Shown here: positions 49,906 to 61,395 of the stretch, one piece after another
Layout of the letters: each line of letters starts with the position of its first letter
How positions within the stretch are numbered: the first letter of the stretch is position 1
NCBI GenBank assembly: GCA_965215335.1
Contig: CBDCDA010000001.1
Span: forward strand, 2,071,151 to 2,135,150
Reading direction: 5' to 3'
Source: an uncultured Candidatus Entotheonella sp.
Lineage (GTDB): Bacteria > Tectomicrobia > Entotheonellia > Entotheonellales > Entotheonellaceae
DNA: 64,000 bases
Translations under genes and position numbers: made by a program
Notes under the pieces: generated by a model
Database searches by the model: none
What the model saw: the letters and a program-made list of their open reading frames with translations, nothing else
Told to the model about the DNA's origin: nothing

Positions 49906-50679
49906 TTGCAGGACGTCATTTATCGGGTCTCCAATGTGGCGCTGGGCTACGGCAGTCACGTCATCCTGCGGAGCGTGAATCTGGAGATCCGCAGCGGCCA
50001 GTTCTGGTCTTTTCTGGGGCCAAACGGCAGCGGCAAGACGACGCTGCTGCGCGGGTTTCTGGGGGAGTTGAAGGCGCGGGCGGGTACGCTGCAGGGACCG
50101 CTGCCTATCGGCGGGGTGACGCCCATCGGCTTTGTTCCGCAGCGCTGCGAGATCAACCCGACCCTGCCGATCACGCTCGGCGAGTTCGTCGGCCTGGGGC
50201 TGGTCGGCACGCGGTTGAGCCAGGCGGTTCGGCGCGAACGCCTGGCGTGGGTGCTAGAGGTCCTGTGGCTGCCGGCGCTGGCCCGGCAGAGCTATTGGAC
50301 ACTCTCCAGCGGTCAGCGGCAACGCGCCCTCATCGCCCGCGCCCTCATCCGGTGCCCGCGGGTTCTCATCATGGACGAACCCACCAACAGCCTTGACCTC
50401 ACCGCGGAGAACGTGGTTCTGAAGGCCCTGGCCGATTTCCAAACCCGCTCCCAGGCCGCCTGCCTGTTCGTCACCCACGATCTTGGTCTTGCCGAGCGTT
50501 GCGCTACCCATGTCGGCCTCGTTGCCGAGGGCGGCGTGCTGGCCGGCACGCGAGCGGCCGTCCTGACCCCGGCCCATCTCGAGCGGGCCGGCCTCAGGGT
50601 CGGAAAGGCGCCGCGCGTGCCGACGGAGGCCACGCCCGACGAGCCGTCTCCGCCGCTTGACGCCGGGGAACGCGCATGA
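49906..50679 (+). CDS. Metal ABC transporter ATP-binding protein
   Basis: GPNGSGKTT, GFVPQ, LSSGQRQR, LIMDEPT, VTHD; TTG start. Confidence 0.9.
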   Translation: MQDVIYRVSNVALGYGSHVILRSVNLEIRSGQFWSFLGPNGSGKTTLLRGFLGELKARAGTLQGPLPIGGVTPIGFVPQRCEINPTLPITLGEFVGLGLVGTRLSQAVRRERLAWVLEVLWLPALARQSYWTLSSGQRQRALIARALIRCPRVLIMDEPTNSLDLTAENVVLKALADFQTRSQAACLFVTHDLGLAERCATHVGLVAEGGVLAGTRAAVLTPAHLERAGLRVGKAPRVPTEATPDEPSPPLDAGERA

Positions 50680-51527
50680 TTGCCGGCTTTCTCGACTCGT
50701 GGGCGCTGTTTCATGACGCCTATCTGTCCGGCTGGCTCATCGGCGTGCTGCTGTCGCTGGTCGGCGTGCTCGTCGTCGCCCGCGACCAGATCTTCATCGG
50801 CGCGGCGGTGTCGCAGGCGTCGCTGTTCGGCATCGCCGTCGGCATCTGGAGCGGCAGCATGCTCGGTGCCGCGAGCTGGTTGGATTCCAAGTTTTTCCAC
50901 GCCGTCACGGGCGGCTTGTTCGCCGTGCTGGCGGCATGCGTCACCGCCCGCGCCGCGCACCGAAACGGGAGCGAAACGCCCGAGGCCGTCACCGGCTGGG
51001 TCTTCCTCATTTCGACGAGCGCTTCCATCCTGCTGATGTCGCACAACCGCCTCGGCATGGAGGAGGTCAACCGGCTGTTGGCCAGTACCATCATCGGCGC
51101 CCATCGTCAGGACGTGTGGATTTTTCTGGGTCTAACGATGTTGACCGGCCTCGTGCTCAGCCTCAACTACCGTTCGGTCGTGGTGATCGCCCTCGAACCC
51201 GAAATGGCCCGCGTCGCCGGGCTACGCGTCGGGCTCTGGAATGGCCTGTTGTCCGCCTGGCTCGGCATCGTCATCGGTTTCGCCATCCACGTTTCCGGCG
51301 TCGTTTACGCCTTCGCCAGCCTCGTCTTGCCCGCCCTGATCGCCAAAAACCTTGGCCGAACCGTCAGAAGCCTGTTTTTCCTGGCCCCTTGCACGTCGCT
51401 GGGAACCGGGGGCCTCGCCTTCGTCCTCGCCAACCACTACGACTACCCGCCGGGCCAGACGGCGGCAGCCTGTCTGTGCGCCCTGCTGGCCGGCGCCTGG
51501 CTGCTGCGCGCCGTGCGTCCGCGGTAA
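50676..51527 (+). CDS. Metal ABC transporter permease (ZnuB/ABC-3)
   Basis: Multi-TM; GVLVVARDQIFIGAAVSQ, ARVAGL, FASLVLPA, DYPPGQ. Confidence 0.88.
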   Translation: MIAGFLDSWALFHDAYLSGWLIGVLLSLVGVLVVARDQIFIGAAVSQASLFGIAVGIWSGSMLGAASWLDSKFFHAVTGGLFAVLAACVTARAAHRNGSETPEAVTGWVFLISTSASILLMSHNRLGMEEVNRLLASTIIGAHRQDVWIFLGLTMLTGLVLSLNYRSVVVIALEPEMARVAGLRVGLWNGLLSAWLGIVIGFAIHVSGVVYAFASLVLPALIAKNLGRTVRSLFFLAPCTSLGTGGLAFVLANHYDYPPGQTAAACLCALLAGAWLLRAVRPR

Positions 51528-51542
51528 CGGAACGCCGGATGA

Positions 51543-51689
51543 GTGGATGACAGGTCCAATGAAGTCATCGCCATCCCCTATTTGATCGGGCTGTTGGAGT
51601 TGGACGGGGCGACAGTGACGATTGACGCCGAGATGCCAAAAGGAGATCGTCCGTGCCATCGTCGGGCAAGGGGCTGTTATGTCTCTTGA
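51543..51689 (+). pseudogene. ISAs1-family transposase fragment
   Basis: VDDRSNEVIAIPYLIGLLELDGATVTIDA / CQKEIVRAIVGQG matches ISAs1 KSNEI.AIP.LL..L...G..VTIDAMGCQK. Confidence 0.8.
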
Positions 51690-51771
51690 CTCTCGAGGCA
51701 TGCCCCCGGGATTGACGCGGGGACAGCCACGCGACGCTACATGGTGAGGCCAAGCTCCCTTTCCGACGCGG

Positions 51772-53858
<2,087 letters not shown>

Positions 53859-53862
<4 letters not shown>

Positions 53863-54950
53863 GGATCACCTTTTGACTGCGGGTGAAAAATTCGAGGCTT
53901 GCCGGCAATAGCCGGTTGTTGTTGCGTCACGCAGTGGATGGCGCCGAGTCCCCAGACGAGCGGCTCGCAGGGGATGCCGACGACGCGGCGGCCGGGAAAG
54001 AGGTCCTGCATGATACGCAGGGCGCGGTCGTCGTTGGGATGGCCGTAAGTGGGCACCAGCACGACGCCGTTGCCGATATAGAAGTTGGCATAGCTGGCCG
54101 GCAGGCGCTCCTGTGGGGAACCGACGCGCCCCGGCATGGGCAGGGGCACCACCTCAAGAGGCCGGCCGCGCCCGTCGGTGGCCGCCTGCAAGCGCCGGAA
54201 ATTATCCTGCAGGGGCGCAACATTGGCGTCCTGCGGGTCCGTTTCCAGGGCACAGACCACCGTGTTCGGGCCGACAAAGCGAGCCACGTCATCGACGTGC
54301 CCGTCGGTATCGTCTCCAGCAATGCCGCGGCCGAGCCAGATGATGTGGTAGACGCCGAGGGTGGCGCGAAGGTGACGCTCGATATCGGTACGCCGCAAGT
54401 CGGGGTTGCGATTCGGATGCAGCAGGCACTGCTCGGTGGTCAGGCAGGCACCGCTGCCGTTGACGTCGATGGCGCCGCCTTCGAGGACGATACCGGGCTC
54501 GAAACACGGCACGCCGAGTCGCGATGCGATGTGCTGCGATAGGCCGGCGTCGGCCTGCAAGTCGGCGTATTTGCCGCCCCAGGCGTTGAACCGCCAGGCG
54601 CTCGCGGCCAAGGGCGGCTGCGGGTCGGTGCCCGTGAGGAAGATGGGACCGCTGTCGCGCAGCCAGGCGTCGGCGGTGGGTATCTCGTGCAGACGGATAG
54701 CGCCGGCATCGAGTCGACGCTCTCGTATCCGCCGGCCCACCTGTTCGGCAGTGACCGCGTCGTTGACCAGGAGATGAACCGTTTCGTCCTGGTGCAACGC
54801 CGCGATCGTATCCAGGAAGATGCCCCGGACCTGCGGCAGTCGCCCCGGCCAGGTATCTTCGTTATGCGGCCAGGCCAGCCAGGTGGCGGCGTGGGGTTCC
54901 CATTCTGCTGGCATTCGGTAACCCAGGGCGGTAGGGGTATCAGGCGTCAT
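53859..54950 (-). CDS. aguA: Agmatine deiminase
   Basis: [52 protein letters not shown]. Confidence 0.93.
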
Positions 54951-55824
54951 GGTCGAGGAATCGGGCGGTGAGGGCGCCGTATGCGTCGATGCGGCGGTCG
55001 CGCAGGAAGGGCCATTGCTGGCGCATCGTATCCACGGCGCGCAGATCGCACCTGGCGACCAGGATGGCCTCCCCATCATGCCCGGCACGCGCCACCAGGC
55101 TGCCGTCAGGCGCGGCCACGAACGAGGCGCCCCAGAACGTCACCGTGCCCTCGCGCCCGACGCGGTTCACGGCAGCGGCGTAGACCCCGTTGGTAATGGC
55201 GTGGCTGCGCTGCACCATCTCCCAGGCCGCGTGTTGGGTGCGGCGCACTTCGGCGGGCTCATCGTCGTGCCAGCCAATAGCGGTGGGGTAAAAGAGGAGG
55301 TGGGCGCCGGAAAGGGCCACCAGGCGCGCTGCCTCGGGGAACCATTGGTCCCAGCAGATCAGCACGCCGATGTCGGCGTAGCGCGTCTTGAATGTTCGGA
55401 AGCCGAGATCGCCCGGTGTGAAGTAAAATTTCTCGTAGTACGCCGGGTCGTCGGGAATGTGCATCTTGCGGTAAGTGCCAAGGCGAGAGCCGTCGGCGTC
55501 GAACACCGCCGCGCTGTTGTGATATAGGCCGCGCGCCCGCTGCTCGAACAGCGGCACGATCAGCACGACCTCCAGCTCCCCGGCCAGTGCTCCCAAGGCG
55601 TCGGTCGTCGGGCCCGGAACGGGCTCCGCCAGGGCAAACGGGGCGAGGTCCTCGGTCTGGCAGAAATACAACGTGTTGAACAACTCCTGCAGGCAGATAA
55701 TCTGTGCGCCCTGCGCCGCGGCGTCGCGGACGGCGTTTACGGCCCGCTGCACGTTCGCCCGCGGGTCCGCCTCGACCTGCAACTGGATGAGTCCCACCGC
55801 CACTTCGGACGACGCCTTGACCAT
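54940..55824 (-). CDS. aguB: N-carbamoylputrescine amidohydrolase
   Basis: CLQELF, YRKMHIPDDPAYYEKFYFTPGD, ICWDQWFPE, YPTAIG, FLRDRR. Confidence 0.9.
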   Translation of the reverse strand: MVKASSEVAVGLIQLQVEADPRANVQRAVNAVRDAAAQGAQIICLQELFNTLYFCQTEDLAPFALAEPVPGPTTDALGALAGELEVVLIVPLFEQRARGLYHNSAAVFDADGSRLGTYRKMHIPDDPAYYEKFYFTPGDLGFRTFKTRYADIGVLICWDQWFPEAARLVALSGAHLLFYPTAIGWHDDEPAEVRRTQHAAWEMVQRSHAITNGVYAAAVNRVGREGTVTFWGASFVAAPDGSLVARAGHDGEAILVARCDLRAVDTMRQQWPFLRDRRIDAYGALTARFLDHDA

Positions 55825-55880
55825 CGCCTCCTCCCGCAAGTCGGATTCGCGCCGCGTAATCCGACGGTCCCCGGCGCTCT

Positions 55881-57611
55881 TCAGGAGTCCGCGCGTATGA
55901 AGCCGCGCGCCACCAGTTCTTGCAAAACGGCGCGGGCGTTCTCCTCGGGGGCATGCGCCACCGTATCGAGGGTGATTTCTGGGTTCAGAGGCGATTCGTA
56001 AGGGTCGTCAATGCCGGTAAAATCCTTGATCTCGCCGCGTCGCGCCTTGGCGTACATGCCCTTGATGTCACGATCCTCGCACACCTCCAGCGCCGTATCG
56101 ACGAAGATCTCGATGAAATTGTCGCTGCCGACCATGGCGCGGACGGCGTCGCGCGTTGCGCGATAGGGACTGACCGCGGCACAAATCGCCAAGCCGCCAT
56201 GACGCACCACTTCGGCAGCCACGAAGCCGATACGCCGGATGTTCGTGTCGCGGTCCTCCTTACCGAATCCGAGGCCCTTCGACAGGTGGGTGCGCACCAC
56301 GTCGCCATCGAGAACGGTCACCTGCCGTCCGCCTTCCAACAGCAGCACGGTCAGCGCGTCGGCGGTCGTGGACTTGCCGGATCCGCTGAGACCGGTGAAC
56401 CACAGGCAGACGCCCTGGCGGTAGCGCGGCGGATAGGTATCGGCGAGGATTTCCGCCACCTCCGGGCGCGTAAACCAATCGGGCAGGGTGCGGCCCTGGC
56501 TCAGAAATTCCTCGCGCACCTGCGTGCCGGAGATGGAGGCGGTGCGGGTGCCGGCAGGAATTTTGGAAACTTCTTCGTAGCGCGCTTCGTCCGGCAGGTA
56601 GACCAGCTCGCGGAACGGCACCATGCCGACACCGAGTTCCTCGCTGTATTGCTCCAGGAGTTCCTGTGCGTCATATGGTCCGTAGAACGGCTTGCCAGTG
56701 GAATCGACGCCGGGACCGGCGTGGTCGCGCCCGACGATGAAGTAATTGGCACCGTGATTGCGGCGGATGAGGGCGTGCCACAGCGCCTCGCGCGGGCCGG
56801 CCAGGCGCATGGCAAGCGGCAGCAGGGACAGCAGGATGCGGTCCGGGTCATAATAACCGGAGGCCAACGCCTTGTATGCCCGCACTCGCGTGTAGTGATC
56901 GACGTCGCCGGGCTTGGTCATGCCCACCACGGGGTGCAGGAGCAGCACGCCATCGACTTCCTGCGCCGCGCGCTTGGTCAGTTCCTCGTGCACGCGGTGC
57001 AGCGGATTACGGGTCTGGAAGGCCACCACGTTATCATAGCCGAACGACGCCAGACGTTCCCGCGTCTGCGCCGGGGTCAGCCGGATGTCCTCGAAGTCAT
57101 AATGCAGAGGCAGTTGCAGCACCTTCAGGGCACCGGAAATACACACCTGTCCCCAACGCGACATCTCGGCCACCAGCGGGTGCTTCATGTCCTGGGTGCC
57201 GAAGACCTTCTGCGACGCTTCGACATGGTCCCACGGATACATCTCCTCGATCGTCATCACCGCGAGCAGATTGTTCTTGGCGTCGCGCAGGGCGACCCCG
57301 CCGTCGAGCTTCAGGTCCTTGGTCGGATCGACCGGCAGGATTACGGGGAGCGAAAACACGTGGCCACTGGTCAGACGCATGTCGTCCAGCACCCGCTCAT
57401 AGTTCTCCTTGCCCATGAAGCGGTCGAGCGGCGAAAACGCCCCGGTGGCCAGGAGTTCCAGGTCGCAGATGGCGCGTTCCGATATCTGGACCGACGGTAG
57501 CCGGCTGGCATGCGCTTTGAGTTCGTCCTGCGCCTCGGCAGGGACCAGCAGGTCCACCAGGATTCCGCCGTATGGGGAAATCAGAGAGACGCCTTGTGTT
57601 GGCGTAGCCAC
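55881..57611 (-). CDS. sat: Bifunctional sulfate adenylyltransferase / adenylyl-sulfate kinase
   Basis: AFQTRNPLHRVH, FIVGRDHAG, SISGT; APS kinase TGLSGSGKST, LDGDVVR, FTGIDDPYE; GTG start after AGGAG. Confidence 0.95.
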   Translation of the reverse strand: MATPTQGVSLISPYGGILVDLLVPAEAQDELKAHASRLPSVQISERAICDLELLATGAFSPLDRFMGKENYERVLDDMRLTSGHVFSLPVILPVDPTKDLKLDGGVALRDAKNNLLAVMTIEEMYPWDHVEASQKVFGTQDMKHPLVAEMSRWGQVCISGALKVLQLPLHYDFEDIRLTPAQTRERLASFGYDNVVAFQTRNPLHRVHEELTKRAAQEVDGVLLLHPVVGMTKPGDVDHYTRVRAYKALASGYYDPDRILLSLLPLAMRLAGPREALWHALIRRNHGANYFIVGRDHAGPGVDSTGKPFYGPYDAQELLEQYSEELGVGMVPFRELVYLPDEARYEEVSKIPAGTRTASISGTQVREEFLSQGRTLPDWFTRPEVAEILADTYPPRYRQGVCLWFTGLSGSGKSTTADALTVLLLEGGRQVTVLDGDVVRTHLSKGLGFGKEDRDTNIRRIGFVAAEVVRHGGLAICAAVSPYRATRDAVRAMVGSDNFIEIFVDTALEVCEDRDIKGMYAKARRGEIKDFTGIDDPYESPLNPEITLDTVAHAPEENARAVLQELVARGFIRADS

Positions 57612-57809
57612 GAATGTTGCTCCTTCTAGGCGGGATGCTGTGCACCGCGAACCACTGCAGCGGCAGGCCGAACAGCGGCTGTCGCAAGTTGCCATGCTAA
57701 ATTCCTTGGGGTATCGTTTGGACATGCTATCTGATCCTGGGAGGGTTGGCAAATTGGCCACCCAATCCCTTGTTTTTCAGGATGTTGGCAACGATCTTCG
57801 GAGCCAGTA

Positions 57810-60278
57810 GTGATCCCGAGCAACAAGCACGACACGGCGGCGTTTCCCGAAGTGCCGACCGCCAGGCTGCGGTGGCGGTGCGACCCCGAAAGCCTCCCCT
57901 TCACGAGCACCGATGACGCGGTGCCAGAAGCGGGCCTTATCGGCCAGGAACGCGCTCGCAAGGCGCTCATGCTCGGCATGGAGATCAGCCACGCCGGGTA
58001 CAACGTGTACGTTTCCGGCGACGTCGGCACCGGCAAGCTGGCGGCAGTGCGGCAGGTCGCGGCGCAACTTCAGGACCCCGACGCGCGGCCTCCGGACCTG
58101 TGTTACGTGTATGGCTTCAAGAACCCGGAATGCCCGCGTCTGCTGGTCCTGCCGGCGGGACAGGGCGCAGCGCTGAAAAAGGCCATGCAGGATCTGATCG
58201 ACGGCCTTAAGGAGAGCATTCCCAAGGCGTTGGCGACCCCTGATTGCCAGCGCCGGAAGGCTCGTTGTCTGGACCGGCACCGGCGGCGCGAACAACGGCT
58301 GGTGGCGCGACTTGAAGCGCGCCTGGGGCCGTCGTTCGGCCTGATCTGGCAGGGGCTGGACGCGGCGGCAGTGCCGGAGGTGACACCGGTGATCGAGGGA
58401 CGCCTGGCGCCCATAGCGGAACTGGAAGAACGCGTCGATGGTGGCGGCTTCGACGTCGCCCGCTTCCGCGACTTGCGCGCCCGTCAGGAAACGCTGAACG
58501 CGGCCAGCGCCGACGTGCTGGCGGAAATGGGCGAGATGCGGCAGAAAATGCAGGAGGATCTGCGCACGGTGGAGCGCGCCGTGGTGCGACCGGTTATCCG
58601 CGAGGCCGTAGCCGAGGTCGATAAGTTATTCGACGCACCGAACGCGAAACGCTACCTGCAGGATGCGGAAGAGGCCCTGAACGACGAGAGCGAGCGTTTT
58701 TACCCCGCCCCCCCGGCTCCTCCCGACAAGGAGCCCGCGCGGCCGCCGTACGACGACGAGGAGTCGTTCCATGACTTCCAGGTCAACGTCATCGTCGACC
58801 ACACCGACACGGCGGGCCGCCCATTCGTCTTTGAAGCCTCCCCGACCTACAAGAGCCTGTTTGGCGCCATCGAGCCCGCGGTCGAGCATGGCGGCGCCTG
58901 GCGCAGCGACTTCATGGGCATCCGCGCCGGGGCCATCCACCGCGCCAACGGCGGCTACCTCGTCTTTCGCGCCCAGGAGGCCCTGTACGACCCCCTCGTC
59001 TGGTCGACGCTGAAACGCCTGCTGCGCCACGGCAGGGCGGAAATCCAATCTATTGATCACCACACCCTGGTGCCGACCACGCCGCTGAAGCCGGAACCGG
59101 TCCCGTGCGACGTCAAGGTCATCCTGCTTGGCGATGAGGACCTCTACCAACACTTGGCCTATGAGGACGCCGGCTTCAGCCGCTTGTTCAAGGTCAAGGC
59201 CGCCTTCGACACCACGCTGCCACGCCGGCAGACCCTCCTGCAGGTTGCCGGTTTCCTCAGCCGCATCTGCCGCGAAGCGGGCCTGCGCCCATGCGACCGC
59301 GAGGCCGTGGCGGCATTGGTCGAGTGGGGCGTACGCGCCGCTGGACGCCAGAACAAAATCAGCGCGCGCCTGGACGTTCTGGCCGACGTGGTACGAGAGG
59401 CGGATTATTGGGCCGGCAAGGACGGCGTGGCGATGATCACCGCGACGGCTGTGGAGCGAGCGCGGCAAGAGCGGCAAGAGCGGCTGAACCTGACCGCCGA
59501 GCAGATCTACGAGATGATCGACGAGGACCTCTTGCTGCTGACCACGCGCGGCGCGGTGGTCGGACAGGTCAACGGCTTGTCGATTTACGATCTGGCCGAC
59601 GGCACGGTATTCGGCTGTCCGATGCGCATTACCGCCGTCACTTCCATGGGCGACGCGGGCATCATCAACATCGAACGCGAGGTGGAACTCAGCGATGCCG
59701 CCCATCACAAGGGCATCCTCATCCTCAGCGGCTATCTGCGGCGCACCTACGGACAGGACAAACCCCTGATTCTCAGCGCCAGCCTGTGCATCGAGCAATC
59801 ATACGACGGGGTGGCGGGCGACAGCGCCTCAGCCGCCGAGGTGTACGCGCTGCTTTCCGGGCTGGCCAATCTGCCGATCGATCAGGGCATCGCCGTTACT
59901 GGATCGGTGAACCAGCAGGGGCAACTCCAGCCCATCGGCGGCGTTAACGAGAAAATCGAGGTTTTCTTCGACGTCTGCCGGCGACAGGGCCTGACCGGCA
60001 CGCAAGGGGTGTTGCTGCCGCCGCAAAACGTCGATGACCTGATGCTCAAACAAGATGTTGTCGACACCGTGGCCGCCGGGCAGTTTCATCTCTACCCGAT
60101 CCCCACCATCGACGACGGCCTTCCGATTCTGTCGGGTGTCGACGCCGGCACGGTGAATCGCCGTGTGGATGCGCAACTGCGGCGCTACGCCGAGCAGTGG
60201 TACGCCTTCCAGCATCGCCGCAGCTCCGCCAATGGCGTTCCCCAGGCGCCGCGCCGGGGGGAGTCCGGGCTCCCCTGA
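57810..60278 (+). CDS. Lon-like protease (LonB/LonC type, peptidase S16)
   Basis: IGQERA, GDVGTGK, GAIHRANGGYL, VGQVNGL, GDSAS (Ser), IAVTGS, IGGVNEKIE (Lys). Confidence 0.92.
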   Translation: MIPSNKHDTAAFPEVPTARLRWRCDPESLPFTSTDDAVPEAGLIGQERARKALMLGMEISHAGYNVYVSGDVGTGKLAAVRQVAAQLQDPDARPPDLCYVYGFKNPECPRLLVLPAGQGAALKKAMQDLIDGLKESIPKALATPDCQRRKARCLDRHRRREQRLVARLEARLGPSFGLIWQGLDAAAVPEVTPVIEGRLAPIAELEERVDGGGFDVARFRDLRARQETLNAASADVLAEMGEMRQKMQEDLRTVERAVVRPVIREAVAEVDKLFDAPNAKRYLQDAEEALNDESERFYPAPPAPPDKEPARPPYDDEESFHDFQVNVIVDHTDTAGRPFVFEASPTYKSLFGAIEPAVEHGGAWRSDFMGIRAGAIHRANGGYLVFRAQEALYDPLVWSTLKRLLRHGRAEIQSIDHHTLVPTTPLKPEPVPCDVKVILLGDEDLYQHLAYEDAGFSRLFKVKAAFDTTLPRRQTLLQVAGFLSRICREAGLRPCDREAVAALVEWGVRAAGRQNKISARLDVLADVVREADYWAGKDGVAMITATAVERARQERQERLNLTAEQIYEMIDEDLLLLTTRGAVVGQVNGLSIYDLADGTVFGCPMRITAVTSMGDAGIINIEREVELSDAAHHKGILILSGYLRRTYGQDKPLILSASLCIEQSYDGVAGDSASAAEVYALLSGLANLPIDQGIAVTGSVNQQGQLQPIGGVNEKIEVFFDVCRRQGLTGTQGVLLPPQNVDDLMLKQDVVDTVAAGQFHLYPIPTIDDGLPILSGVDAGTVNRRVDAQLRRYAEQWYAFQHRRSSANGVPQAPRRGESGLP

Positions 60279-60576
60279 TCCTGCGGCGCCAGATACGTCG
60301 CCCCGCGAGGCCGACCGCACGCCCGACAGCACAAGCGTCCGCCGTCCTCGGTCGAGACGGTCGTTGTCGTCCGCGTCCTCGCCGGCATCCAGGGCGCAGT
60401 TCAGATTGCCGTTTACCGTCTTCGTCGGCATCGCCGAGTTGCGCGGCGACAACGTCGATGGTCTCGATCTGGGGATGGGAAACCCTCGTTGACGCACCAA
60501 TGCACGCGATGACCGTCCGGGACGGCACCGAATGATGGTGGCACAAACGGTACACTTTGACAGCGGGCGTCCAATC

Positions 60577-60607
60577 GTCGGATTCGCCTGCGGCCAATCC
60601 GACCCAC
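60577..60607 (-). repeat. REP-like palindrome, copy 2
   Basis: GTCGGATT..AATCCGAC stem; reverse complement GTGGGTCGGATTGGCCGCAGGCGAATCCGAC. Confidence 0.65.
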
Positions 60608-60610
60608 AGC

Positions 60611-60642
60611 GGTGATTAACGACCAAGGTGATTAACGACCAA
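60611..60642 (+). repeat. Perfect 16-bp tandem direct repeat upstream of tenA
   Basis: GGTGATTAACGACCAA x2 immediately before the GGAGG RBS. Confidence 0.9.
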
Positions 60643-60653
60643 ATGGAGGAACC

Positions 60654-61322
60654 ATGCGTTTTACCGAGCACCTGCGTCAGCAAACCGCCGGTCTTCGCCG
60701 GCAGGTCCTGCAGCACCCCTTTGTGACGGGAATCGGCGACGGCCAACTGCCGCTGGAAGCCTTTCGATTCTACATGTGCCAGGACTACGTTTTTCTGATC
60801 GACTACAGCCGCGTGTTGGCGCTGGCGGTGGCGAAGGCGGGGAACCTCGAGACGATGGGGCGGTTTGCGGAATTGCTGCACGAAACGCTGAACACCGAAA
60901 TGGACTTGCACCGCGGCTTTGCGGCGAAATTCGGCATCAGCCTGGACGAGTTGGAAGACACACAAGCGGCGCCCGGCACGCGAGCCTATACCCAACACCT
61001 GCTGACCACCGCTTACAGCGGGGCCCTGGCAGATATCACCGCGGCCATCCTGCCCTGCATGTGGGACTACAGCAGCATCGGTCGGGCCCTGGCGGCGCAA
61101 GGTTCCCCATCGCCGCAACCGCTGTATAACGAGTGGATCCAGATGTACGCGACCCCCGAATTCGCCGCCCTCGCCACTTGGCTGCAGGACCTGCTCGACC
61201 ACCTGGGAAGCGGCGTGGGGGCGGACCAGCAAGCGCGTCTCAGCCGGCTGTTCGCGGATAGCTGCCGCTACGAGTATCTCTTTTGGGACATGGCGTATCG
61301 GCAGGAAACCTGGCCCCTGTAG
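60654..61322 (+). CDS. tenA: Thiaminase II (aminopyrimidine aminohydrolase)
   Basis: HPFV..IGDG, QDYVFL, E.DLH, LPCMWDY (catalytic Cys), WIQMY, YEYLFWDMAY. Confidence 0.93.
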   Translation: MRFTEHLRQQTAGLRRQVLQHPFVTGIGDGQLPLEAFRFYMCQDYVFLIDYSRVLALAVAKAGNLETMGRFAELLHETLNTEMDLHRGFAAKFGISLDELEDTQAAPGTRAYTQHLLTTAYSGALADITAAILPCMWDYSSIGRALAAQGSPSPQPLYNEWIQMYATPEFAALATWLQDLLDHLGSGVGADQQARLSRLFADSCRYEYLFWDMAYRQETWPL

Positions 61323-61348
61323 GTCGGATCAGCGAAGCGTCATCCGAC
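61319..61348 (+). repeat. REP-like palindrome, copy 3 (contains the tenA stop codon)
   Basis: GTAGGTCGGATCAGCGAAGCGTCATCCGAC. Confidence 0.75.
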
Positions 61349-61395
61349 AATCTGCCACGCCTGAAGCCACCGGTTCCTTCGATCTTCGCCGCTGT

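Noticed and set aside
51697..51745. Hairpin GCATGCCCCCGGGATTGACGCGGGG as an IS200/IS605 end
   Set aside because: Single imperfect copy with no tnpA/tnpB nearby; could just be a terminator-like hairpin between convergent genes
60500..60653. TPP riboswitch upstream of tenA
   Set aside because: Core CTGAGA and ACCTG..GGA motifs not found
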